Positions 26,870 to 35,566 of a stretch of 43,765 nt of DNA are shown here, one piece after another. The notes under the pieces are model-generated. The model saw only the letters and a program-made list of their open reading frames with translations, was not told the DNA's origin and searched no databases. Where the stretch lies: the sequence record ON286972.1; one strand, given 5' to 3'. Within the stretch, counting starts at the first letter, position 1; every line of letters starts with the position of its first letter. The translations under genes and the position numbers were made by a program.

Positions 26870-26907
26870 CAAAAGGGTTGACTTCGGTCAGCCCTTTTTG
26901 CTATAAT
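26870..26907 (+). promoter_or_regulatory. fused terminator/promoter element (copy 9)
   Basis: AAAAGGGTTGAC-TTCG-GTCAGCCCTTTTT-GC-TATAAT. Confidence 0.9.
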
Positions 26908-26935
26908 TATTTCATCAACTGATGAGGACAACGAA

Positions 26936-27706
26936 ATGACCAGAGAAGCACGCAGCATTCAAATTCAGAAAAACTTCAACTCCATGATGGTTGCTCTTGA
27001 GTGTTTGCTCGATGATAGCAGTACTGTAAAAAGTATGGTTGTCAGCGGTGCTCCTGGTGTTGGTAAGACTTACACCCTCTCTAAACGCCTCCAGAAAGCA
27101 CATGACGCGGCAGAATGGAACGTAGCTACCATCAGTGGTAAAATGACCACTCTGGCTCTGTACGAAGTTCTGTACAAGAATCGTCATAGCACCAACGTGT
27201 TAGTACTGGATGATATGGACAGCATCTTTGATTCAGAAGACGGTATGAACCTGCTCAAAGCAGTACTGGATAGTGGCAAGCGTACTGTTTCTTATATGAC
27301 TAGCTCGAAGTATCTGAGCAGCAACGGTATCCCTAACAGCTTTGATTTTAATGGTCGCATCGTATTCATTACTAACAAAGATTTAGCACTGAATGCTAAA
27401 GCTAAAACTAAAATGTCTGCTCACTATGCTGCTCTTATGTCTCGCTCTGTATACGTTGACTTACAGATCCAGACCAAAAGCGATATCATGATTCACATTG
27501 AGAACGTGATGAACCAGACCAACATTCTGGAATCTAAGGGTATTAACAGTAATGGTAGTAAAGCAATCCTGAACTGGATGTTGAAGCACGAAGATTCACT
27601 TCGTTCACCTTCACTGCGTATGCCACTGTTGATTTCGGCAGTATATAACAACAACCCATACGATTGGGAAGAGCAATGTGAAAACTTGTTCCTGGAGAAA
27701 AATTAA
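26936..27706 (+). CDS. AAA-type P-loop ATPase
   Basis: Walker A GAPGVGKT, Walker B LVLDD, sensor-like FITN, SRS. Confidence 0.85.
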   Translation: MTREARSIQIQKNFNSMMVALECLLDDSSTVKSMVVSGAPGVGKTYTLSKRLQKAHDAAEWNVATISGKMTTLALYEVLYKNRHSTNVLVLDDMDSIFDSEDGMNLLKAVLDSGKRTVSYMTSSKYLSSNGIPNSFDFNGRIVFITNKDLALNAKAKTKMSAHYAALMSRSVYVDLQIQTKSDIMIHIENVMNQTNILESKGINSNGSKAILNWMLKHEDSLRSPSLRMPLLISAVYNNNPYDWEEQCENLFLEKN

Positions 27707-27925
27707 TTGATAACACATAACATCGATAAGGTCATGTTATTATATGCATGTATTAACATGATTGTCGTTTTAGTTAAAGTTTATGGATGGTTTCATACAC
27801 TTGATATTGATACTGAAAAGGAGTATAATCCTCAAGAAGCATCTCTTGGATTAAAAATTATTGTTTTAATTAGCGTAGTATCCGTATACATGGTATTACT
27901 ATCAACTATGATTAAGTTCACTTAA
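27707..27925 (+). CDS. small membrane protein
   Basis: TTG start adjacent to stop; two TMs. Confidence 0.55.
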   Translation: MITHNIDKVMLLYACINMIVVLVKVYGWFHTLDIDTEKEYNPQEASLGLKIIVLISVVSVYMVLLSTMIKFT

Positions 27926-27935
27926 CGAGGAACAT

Positions 27936-28268
27936 ATGATTAATTTATTTTCAACTGAGGTTATGATTAAAATTACATTAGTATACATATGTCTATTCGT
28001 ATACTACCACGCTCTCATCGGAATCTTGTGGTTCTTTAAGAAAGGTCGTATTCTTGAGAAATTGTACCCAGACTATATGATATTGTATACAATTGTCCAG
28101 GGTGTAGGAATAGTACTGGGAATTCTAGTGCACTTGATATATTTGTTTGAACCACACCTTCCGTGTATTACACAATACATTGTATTCGGAACTACTATTA
28201 TGTGGCTTGTAATGATGGGTGTGTATGGTCTGTATTTGTACAGGAAACGTATAGTGGGAGATTTCTAA
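27936..28268 (+). CDS. 3-TM membrane protein (paralog array)
   Basis: WFFKK after TM1; GAGGA RBS. Confidence 0.75.
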   Translation: MINLFSTEVMIKITLVYICLFVYYHALIGILWFFKKGRILEKLYPDYMILYTIVQGVGIVLGILVHLIYLFEPHLPCITQYIVFGTTIMWLVMMGVYGLYLYRKRIVGDF

Positions 28269-28621
28269 TGCAAGAGGTTATTAAATGGTTGACAACCAGT
28301 GATATTGCTAGTACACTGAACTATGTACTCATTATCTTATATCCGTTTTTGATGGTTCTAAACTTCATTGGATGGTATTTCAAACGTCCAATTTACTACA
28401 AGATTAATAATTCAGAGTACTATGAAAGTGTTGTAATTGCAACCTCAATCACGTATACTATGGGTGCGGTTCTTACAGTCATAGGATTAGGTCAAGGTGA
28501 TAATCTTAACTTTATGCTATGTACCTTTGTTATGATATGTATTCCAACACTAATTGTAATTCTATCGAATATTGTGTGGAAAAAAATGTTATTTGCACGC
28601 AACAAAATACCGGAGGCATAA
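28268..28621 (+). CDS. 3-TM membrane protein (paralog array)
   Basis: WYFKRP; TAATG coupling at 28268. Confidence 0.75.
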   Translation: MQEVIKWLTTSDIASTLNYVLIILYPFLMVLNFIGWYFKRPIYYKINNSEYYESVVIATSITYTMGAVLTVIGLGQGDNLNFMLCTFVMICIPTLIVILSNIVWKKMLFARNKIPEA

Positions 28622-28956
28622 TGGAGTACTTTATCAGTTTACTACCGTGGTACTTGAAAGTAAGTACAATTTACTACATCATTTCCGCTGGGTTTTATTT
28701 CTTGATGTGGTTCTTTAAACGTCCAATCAGTGAATTCATCGATAATCATATGATGAGTTTTAAACTTCACTGCTGGTTTTGGTCATCGTCAGTGATGCCA
28801 TTCATCCATTACGGAATTATCAGTACTGGTAAACGTTCTAATGGTGAAATCATTTCCTTGGGTTTTTACTGGATATCGACTATTGTTTACATTGGTGTGC
28901 TTTTGTATCCATTTGTAGTTAAACTACGAAACTCTATCCCAGATCACAGGAAATAA
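28621..28956 (+). CDS. 3-TM membrane protein (paralog array)
   Basis: WFFKRP; GGAGG RBS before ATG 28621. Confidence 0.75.
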   Translation: MEYFISLLPWYLKVSTIYYIISAGFYFLMWFFKRPISEFIDNHMMSFKLHCWFWSSSVMPFIHYGIISTGKRSNGEIISLGFYWISTIVYIGVLLYPFVVKLRNSIPDHRK

Positions 28957-28957
28957 T

Positions 28958-29278
28958 ATGAAGATTCAATTTATTCTTTTCACAGTAAGTGCATTCTACT
29001 TTTGGGTTTGCTGGATTGGTTTTCTCTTTGCACTAAAACCATTTGACTTCTATGCAAAGCAGTGTAAAAATGCTGCTGTTGGTAATGTAGCTTTTACATT
29101 GCTTAGTACATTATGGGTAGTACTGATTATATTCAATCCACCTGATAATGATTTGGAAATGTCATTGTGTACATTATTTGCAGGACTGTGTGTATTCGCA
29201 GCATTCTGTAGTTATATTGGAAAGTTATGTTCTTTGGTATCAAATTTCCATCGTAAACAAAAAGATAAGAGGGTATAA
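28958..29278 (+). CDS. 3-TM membrane protein (paralog array)
   Basis: FALKPF; same TM layout. Confidence 0.75.
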   Translation: MKIQFILFTVSAFYFWVCWIGFLFALKPFDFYAKQCKNAAVGNVAFTLLSTLWVVLIIFNPPDNDLEMSLCTLFAGLCVFAAFCSYIGKLCSLVSNFHRKQKDKRV

Positions 29279-29661
29279 TGTACACAACAATATATGTTAT
29301 TCTTAATATCCTAAGTGCATGTCTAACAATAGGTGCATTAATATACATTGGAAAGTTCTTTTGTGTAAAGTTCGTCGAAGATGTGTATGAGGATATTGAA
29401 TCCGACTACGAATCTAAGTGCTTCTTCCATGTTGGATATATCATTTGCTTAGTAACCACTATCTTCACATGGATTGTATACGTATTCGGGATTGGAATCA
29501 CTTCAATTGGTGAACCAGTACTGTGCATTATTGGATTAGTGTTTTCTTCAATATTCGGGTTATTGTTCATGATTATTCTTATGTATAATTTAATCTGTAC
29601 TGCTATTGTTCCTTTCTTTTATGAAATTCACAATAACATTAAACGTAAGAAACGAGGTTAA
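29278..29661 (+). CDS. 3-TM membrane protein (paralog array)
   Basis: FFCVKF; same TM layout. Confidence 0.75.
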   Translation: MYTTIYVILNILSACLTIGALIYIGKFFCVKFVEDVYEDIESDYESKCFFHVGYIICLVTTIFTWIVYVFGIGITSIGEPVLCIIGLVFSSIFGLLFMIILMYNLICTAIVPFFYEIHNNIKRKKRG

Positions 29662-29663
29662 TT

Positions 29664-30017
29664 ATGTTTTCTCCTGCTGGACAAGTTATATTCATGGTAT
29701 GTACACTGGTATTCTTTATGTTGTCTGTACTATTTGTGATGAAATTCTTTCACATGAAACCATTCAGTACTTGGTATGATAATATTGTGTACTATATTGG
29801 TAATGCTATAACACTCTTTTCAGTTGCATACTATTTCGGTTATTTTGCAATGCTATTTGGGTTATTACTTGAAGCTCGTGCATTGCTTGTAGCTGGTATG
29901 GTGGCAGATTTAATGTGTCTAACACTAGCTTGTATTGGATTTACTGTATGTATGTCGTTAACCATTTTTGACAAATTATGTAAACTACACAAACGTTTAG
30001 GTGAGAGGATGAAATAA
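29664..30017 (+). CDS. 3-TM membrane protein (paralog array)
   Basis: FFHMKPF; same TM layout. Confidence 0.75.
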   Translation: MFSPAGQVIFMVCTLVFFMLSVLFVMKFFHMKPFSTWYDNIVYYIGNAITLFSVAYYFGYFAMLFGLLLEARALLVAGMVADLMCLTLACIGFTVCMSLTIFDKLCKLHKRLGERMK

Positions 30018-30400
30018 TGACTTACCGTGATTACTTTTGTATTTTTGAAATTGCAGTATTCGCTTTAGGTTCAGTCTGGTTACTTCTATACTACTTCTGT
30101 ATTAATCCAGTATTCAATTGGGTTCGTCGTGCTGAACAAAGTAGTGCTGGACAAATAGCAGTTGTTATGGGTATGACATATTATATGTTCGCCGTGGCTT
30201 CTGTTGTTATTGAAGTAATATTTGGTGGCATGAATGGTGATGATGGGGCAACGTTCTATGGATTCGTAACATTCTTTAGTGTGCTGATTCCGTGTGGTGC
30301 TCTTATTATTACTGCGTTCTATTGGCTATATCGTGGTGTTAAGAAGCTGGAATCAATTCACGTAGATATGCGTTCAAAACGAATGGGGATTGACAAATAA
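30017..30400 (+). CDS. 3-TM membrane protein (paralog array)
   Basis: YFCINPV; same TM layout. Confidence 0.75.
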   Translation: MTYRDYFCIFEIAVFALGSVWLLLYYFCINPVFNWVRRAEQSSAGQIAVVMGMTYYMFAVASVVIEVIFGGMNGDDGATFYGFVTFFSVLIPCGALIITAFYWLYRGVKKLESIHVDMRSKRMGIDK

Positions 30401-30951
30401 TGAAACGAAGTTCTAATGTCATTCGCGAACGATTTCGTAAAGTAAAAACTATTAAGTACGGGACTATTGCTCTTGTACTTAGTAGTACTTTTATTATGAC
30501 AGGATGTGAACGCTCTGAAGATATTTCTGTATATCAGAATGTGGACCAATGTAAAAGAAGTGGTAGCAATCCGGTACAGTGTGAAGATGATTATAAAAAA
30601 GCACTAACTGAATCGGAAAAGGTAGCACCAAAATATAGTTCACAAAGTGATTGCTCTAGTGATTTTGGTAATCAGTGTCAACAGCATAGCTCTGGATTCT
30701 TTTGGATGCCAATTATGAGTGGATTCCATAGTAGTGGTAATGGGTTTGCTAGTCAACCACTATACAACTCTAAAGGGAACTACTATGATGCTGGTGGTAA
30801 CTCCTACGGTAGCAGTACTGCAAAAGGTACAACACGTACTGTATCAAGTTCCGCATTAGCTCCAAAACCTCCTACAACGACCACAATCACCCGCAATGGG
30901 TTTGGGTCTTCAGTAGCCAGAAGTGCCGCTCACACGAGTTCTGGTGGATAA
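30400..30951 (+). CDS. ygiB: DUF1190 / YgiB-like lipoprotein
   Basis: MKRS..FRK leader, MTGC lipobox, YQNVDQC, APKY...DC..FG, FWMPIMSG, APKPPTTTTITRNGFG match enterobacterial YgiB. Confidence 0.9.
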   Translation: MKRSSNVIRERFRKVKTIKYGTIALVLSSTFIMTGCERSEDISVYQNVDQCKRSGSNPVQCEDDYKKALTESEKVAPKYSSQSDCSSDFGNQCQQHSSGFFWMPIMSGFHSSGNGFASQPLYNSKGNYYDAGGNSYGSSTAKGTTRTVSSSALAPKPPTTTTITRNGFGSSVARSAAHTSSGG

Positions 30952-30952
30952 T

Positions 30953-30980
30953 AAAAAAGCCCACATTAAGTGGGCTTTTT
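30953..30980. terminator. bidirectional intrinsic terminator
   Basis: AAAAAAGCCCAC-ATTAA-GTGGGCTTTTT between convergent blocks. Confidence 0.9.
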
Positions 30981-30981
30981 G

Positions 30982-33006
30982 TTATTTGTGTTTTATGTGT
31001 AAAGTGTCTAATATTGTATTGAACAATGATTTAGCAGAAATCATGATTACTTGATCAAAATCTTTAGTATAAGAAATATTAGCAGTACTGGAAGAATCTT
31101 TCACCTCATCCGGTAATGCATCAAACTCTTCTTTTTCCATAATCTTTTCAAGTTCTTCACGAGAAATGGCTTTTACGTTTTCAATAGTCCTTAGTTGTAT
31201 ATTATAATCTTTATAATACGAAACTAAGTTCGTTGCGTATGAACCATCTTTAGATGCTGTTCCAGTAAAATCATAACATCCTGTATCAGTACTAACCCAA
31301 TCGATTTTCCCTGAACTACCACTATATACACCTTTGTTGAACTTAATGTTAACAACATCACCAATAGTTTTCAATATACCACCTTTACATTCATTAAATG
31401 CGTTTAATTGATAACTTGTAGTCATATAGAATTTCGGTTCTAATGTAACAGTATCACCTACAGTTGCTTTCATATCAGAAACACTTAAGAACAATTCATT
31501 AAATCCTTTTGAATAAGTCTTGGTAATTGTTGTTCCATCCCTGTTAGTTACTGTGTATTCTAAGTCCAATTCACAAATACTATTCAATGATAAGTAAGGG
31601 ATATCAAATTTATCAGTACTAGCATCATAAGGACATCTTGAGGATGGTAGTATACCAGTAGGGTTTGGTACGTATTGAACTTTTGTTAACTCATACCCGC
31701 TTGCATTCGCTGGTGTAACTGTAATAGACGGTGTAGATATTCCTTTCATTCCACAGAAGTATATGTTATCTGGAAAATCATTTATTACGAAGTCAGTGAC
31801 AGGAATATCATAAGTATCTTTATCAGTCCAATTAAGAACAACATTAGAACTGGTTGGATCAACAATATGTTCACTAGAACCACAGAAATATACTGATTTG
31901 GTATTAGTAATCATTAGTAATGTTTTGGATGATGAGTTCAATTCAAGAACATCTTTCACTTCAAGACCAGATGGTAATGTCAATGGTAACTTCGTAAATG
32001 ATGTTAAATCTTGTTCATCTTTAACACCACTAGTCCCCGCCGGAAACTTACCTGAACCATAGAAAACACCTTTATTCGTCATGAAATACATGAACGGGGT
32101 TGATGTTCCTTTGTCAAATAGTTGAATGTCATCACATGTTAAACCATCAGGTAAATCCACTTTAGATGGAGTTCTATAAACACCAGGCTTAATACCACCT
32201 TCACCATTACTTACATCACCTAGTACATATAAATCTTTACCTAGTTTCAAGAACATTGATTTATTTTTAGCACACAAGAATGTATCATATGATTTATCAT
32301 CAATTGGTAGCTTGGTATATTCGGTGTATGTAGGCATTGAATCATCAATCCACGAACTATCACCACTAATGTAAATGTGATTGTTTCTGTCAATATAATA
32401 TGAATACACATCAGTACTGTTCATATATAAAGCATTTAGTGCATTTGTTTTCACTAAGTGATTGAACTTAAGAACTTGTTTTCCATCGTACTTATGGGAG
32501 TTGACACCAATATCACCATTTAGGCTACTACCAATTGAATATATATGACCACGTGGTAATAGAACTTGAACACCACTTTTGGTTAAATTATATTTGGAGT
32601 GCAAGAGATCGTTATATACAACTCTAACTTTCTTAAAGATATCAGTACATTCAATCCACGATTTAGATGGTGTACCATCCATTCCTATTATTGCCGGATC
32701 ACCATAATAATAAGCTTTATTTTCATATGATATTTTAAAAGATGATTTACCATCTTTTGTATTAGCACTGAAGTACACATCTTTACTATCTTTAATTGGA
32801 TAAGTACTATTCTCTACAAAAGTATTATATGAGATATCGTTGTTAGCACTATTAAGAACAAAAGAAGTAGATGTACTATTGGACTTATAGACTGCTACGG
32901 AAGATGTATCACTGAAATCAATTTTAGTGAACGTATCTTTGTATGTTTCGTTTAATAATCCTACATAAAAAACATCAGTGCCATCCATCAGTAACGAATA
33001 TAGCAT
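30982..33006 (-). CDS. RCC1-like beta-propeller protein, 3' part of a frameshifted gene
   Basis: LYVLGDVSNGEGG, FYGSG, YFCGS blades; joins 33919 ORF if 4 nt are removed. Confidence 0.65.
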   Translation of the reverse strand: MLYSLLMDGTDVFYVGLLNETYKDTFTKIDFSDTSSVAVYKSNSTSTSFVLNSANNDISYNTFVENSTYPIKDSKDVYFSANTKDGKSSFKISYENKAYYYGDPAIIGMDGTPSKSWIECTDIFKKVRVVYNDLLHSKYNLTKSGVQVLLPRGHIYSIGSSLNGDIGVNSHKYDGKQVLKFNHLVKTNALNALYMNSTDVYSYYIDRNNHIYISGDSSWIDDSMPTYTEYTKLPIDDKSYDTFLCAKNKSMFLKLGKDLYVLGDVSNGEGGIKPGVYRTPSKVDLPDGLTCDDIQLFDKGTSTPFMYFMTNKGVFYGSGKFPAGTSGVKDEQDLTSFTKLPLTLPSGLEVKDVLELNSSSKTLLMITNTKSVYFCGSSEHIVDPTSSNVVLNWTDKDTYDIPVTDFVINDFPDNIYFCGMKGISTPSITVTPANASGYELTKVQYVPNPTGILPSSRCPYDASTDKFDIPYLSLNSICELDLEYTVTNRDGTTITKTYSKGFNELFLSVSDMKATVGDTVTLEPKFYMTTSYQLNAFNECKGGILKTIGDVVNIKFNKGVYSGSSGKIDWVSTDTGCYDFTGTASKDGSYATNLVSYYKDYNIQLRTIENVKAISREELEKIMEKEEFDALPDEVKDSSSTANISYTKDFDQVIMISAKSLFNTILDTLHIKHK

Positions 33007-33919
33007 TTCTATTATTACATAAAGAAGTAATATTTTTTACTACTTTATTTGAATTATAGTTTGGTAACTTCTTTAATCCACGAACAAAATTATCACAAAT
33101 AATACCAGTACCATAGAAGTTATAATCTTTATCACAGTATATAAATGCTGTATCATATGGTGAAGTACTTAAATTCTTATAGAATGGGAATGGAGTGAAT
33201 GTGAATTGTAGAACCTTACGCAATTCCCCTACTGTCTCTGTTGGGAATTGTCTGTTTTTATTATTACCAATAAAAACAACTCTATCTGTTAGGAATGTGT
33301 ACATAATTCCATATGGTTTTACGTACAAATCATTATATCCCAATGATAATTTAGTTGGTGATGTTAGTGGTCCTGAGTTTATTTTGGTTTGATTAATTGA
33401 AAACTCATTAGAATTATAACCAGCCCCATATGTATTACCATTAGTACTTAAATAATATACAGTAGCTTCCCCTGCTCCAAGAAAAGTCTTTACATCAGTT
33501 GCTAACGTTTTTTGGAAAGTTGGATAAAATTTATTATATGTTCCCGTTCCCATCATCAGTTCACCATTGCGGTTATGACCACGAGCATATAGAATACCTT
33601 TGTCTGTATCTAAGAAGAACATACCATTATATGTTTTGTAAATCTTACCTTTTGTAATATCGAAATTGGAAAAATCATCACTAATATCAATGAATATTGT
33701 CTCAAGATTATCTTCAAGGGAGTTTAGAGATTTACCACAATACCATACTGAGTTATCTTTTTTAACAGCAACACAACCACACGGACTGGCATCAAAATAT
33801 GTTACATCGGAAAGAACCAGAGATAAGTTCTTTGTACTGCAATAGTTATCCATTGCATATAAATCGGAATCTTTAAGTATATATACGGAATTCCCAACCG
33901 CTTTAATCGAATTTATCAT
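32975..33919 (-). CDS. RCC1-like beta-propeller protein, 5' part of a frameshifted gene
   Basis: GAGGA RBS before ATG 33919; LYARGHNRNGEL, TYGAGYNS blades. Confidence 0.7.
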   Translation of the reverse strand: MINSIKAVGNSVYILKDSDLYAMDNYCSTKNLSLVLSDVTYFDASPCGCVAVKKDNSVWYCGKSLNSLEDNLETIFIDISDDFSNFDITKGKIYKTYNGMFFLDTDKGILYARGHNRNGELMMGTGTYNKFYPTFQKTLATDVKTFLGAGEATVYYLSTNGNTYGAGYNSNEFSINQTKINSGPLTSPTKLSLGYNDLYVKPYGIMYTFLTDRVVFIGNNKNRQFPTETVGELRKVLQFTFTPFPFYKNLSTSPYDTAFIYCDKDYNFYGTGIICDNFVRGLKKLPNYNSNKVVKNITSLCNNRNAIFVTDGWH

Positions 33920-33983
33920 GTTTATATCCTCATAAATTGATACCAATTCTAATGTATTTACCCACTTAAAGTACAAAAAATGA

Positions 33984-34140
33984 TCAATTAAATGGGGAAT
34001 CTTTAACAAATGAATTCATGATGTACTTGATGAATTGCCCATACCAACGGATTCCTCAGTCCCAGCATACCACATGGTATTATCGAACTTTTTATCATTG
34101 TAGTATCATAACCACACCAAACATCATCAACATTAGTATT
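33984..34140 (-). pseudogene. decayed relic of a propeller-array gene
   Basis: NTNVDDVWCGYDTTMI / KFDNTMWYAG (1-nt shift) / SFVKDSPFN* resemble blade 1 and C-terminus of neighbours. Confidence 0.7.
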
Positions 34141-35491
34141 ACAACAATTGTATTTCTGTGAGTGTTTGATATGTTGTACCGTTGTACACACCTCTCCAAT
34201 ATACCCTACCTTCAGTACTAACCACTAATAATCCATATGTTGTAAACCCAAGAGTACCACCAACATACATAGCATCTTTAATTCGAATACCAATGTCTTC
34301 ATATGTAAATGAAGCGACTGCTCCCGCTTGCCACGAAGGACTAGCGTAGTAATCACTATAAACACCATGTGCTTTATATATTGATGTTGTTCCTGGTTCA
34401 AAAATTACAGTTCCACAGTAGTTCATTCGTATTTTAGTACTGGATGAAGTCGGTACATTTATACCTATGCCATCTTTTATCCCTGTAGTTAGGACGTTAA
34501 AACCACCCGCCACACGGTTGACGTCATTCTCACCGATTAAAAACATACCAACGTTGTAGCCCATATAATATACACTGCTACTGCCATTCCAGAAAGAAAA
34601 ACCACCACCATTACCACAGCGATATAGTTGTGAATTTGAGCAGTACATCATACCTTCGTTTGTCGCATCAAATTCATCTGCTGTTCCTATTGTAGCTACA
34701 GTAGTCCACGTTTTAATCACTTGGTTTGTACTAGCTGGTGTTTGTATACCATATCGTATATTATATCCCTTACCAACGATTGTACCATCTTCTAATTTAG
34801 CATAAAGTACAGGTCTATTACCAACAAAATACATATTATTGTGTGACATGTCTATTGTGCATCTTAATGAAACTACTTTTTGTGTCAATTGATTATCTTT
34901 AGTAAAAGAAGTAAAGTAGTAATCCGATGTTGAGTTGTTTATTAAACCTTGTATTGACAATCCCATATACCAGATTTCACCATTGCTGTTTAATGCTGCC
35001 AAAATACAACTATATTTTGAAGTGTATGCTGGTGATGTTGTTGAAGTTGCTGGTCCTTTATCATATCCACCACAGAATACCATCTCCACAACTTCACCTA
35101 CGTTCGAAAAATAAGAAGATACATTGATAAAACCATTTGTTATAAAAGGTGCTGTATTCATACTTGAATGTGTGAATATCCCATTTGCATATACACCACA
35201 AAAATGATATGAACCATCATTATCTTGGACTATTATTCCATTTGATAGTAACCAAAAATTGTTTACATTTTTTCTTACTAATTCAACTCCTGCACCATTG
35301 GTTGGTGTTATACCAAAAGAAACATATTTTGTTTGACCAATACCATATAAATTTCCATTAGTTGCTAGTATTGCACCAAACCAGTTCCCACCACCATTCC
35401 TATCATGACCCATACCAATGGAGTCAAATTTCTTCACAGTAGGGACTTCAACTTTATTCCCATACTCTAGCATTCTAACAAAAGGTAACAT
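34139..35491 (-). CDS. MLPFVRM-leader RCC1-like beta-propeller protein (450 aa)
   Basis: true start at MLPF with AAGGAGG RBS; LYGIG, IWYMG, VYWRG blades. Confidence 0.85.
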   Translation of the reverse strand: MLPFVRMLEYGNKVEVPTVKKFDSIGMGHDRNGGGNWFGAILATNGNLYGIGQTKYVSFGITPTNGAGVELVRKNVNNFWLLSNGIIVQDNDGSYHFCGVYANGIFTHSSMNTAPFITNGFINVSSYFSNVGEVVEMVFCGGYDKGPATSTTSPAYTSKYSCILAALNSNGEIWYMGLSIQGLINNSTSDYYFTSFTKDNQLTQKVVSLRCTIDMSHNNMYFVGNRPVLYAKLEDGTIVGKGYNIRYGIQTPASTNQVIKTWTTVATIGTADEFDATNEGMMYCSNSQLYRCGNGGGFSFWNGSSSVYYMGYNVGMFLIGENDVNRVAGGFNVLTTGIKDGIGINVPTSSSTKIRMNYCGTVIFEPGTTSIYKAHGVYSDYYASPSWQAGAVASFTYEDIGIRIKDAMYVGGTLGFTTYGLLVVSTEGRVYWRGVYNGTTYQTLTEIQLL

Positions 35492-35555
35492 ATATCCTCC
35501 TTTATTCATTATATTATATTTAATCAAAAAAGAAAAGCCAGTACAGAGTACTGGC
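35460..35555 (-). repeat. array junction repeat 1 (hairpin, T-tract, TAAATA, RBS, leader codons)
   Basis: GCCAGTAC-TCT-GTACTGGC TTTTCTTTTTTGATTAAATATAATATAATGAATAAAGGAGG..ATGTTACCTTTTGTTAGAATG. Confidence 0.95.
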
Positions 35556-35566
35556 ATTTAAAATAA

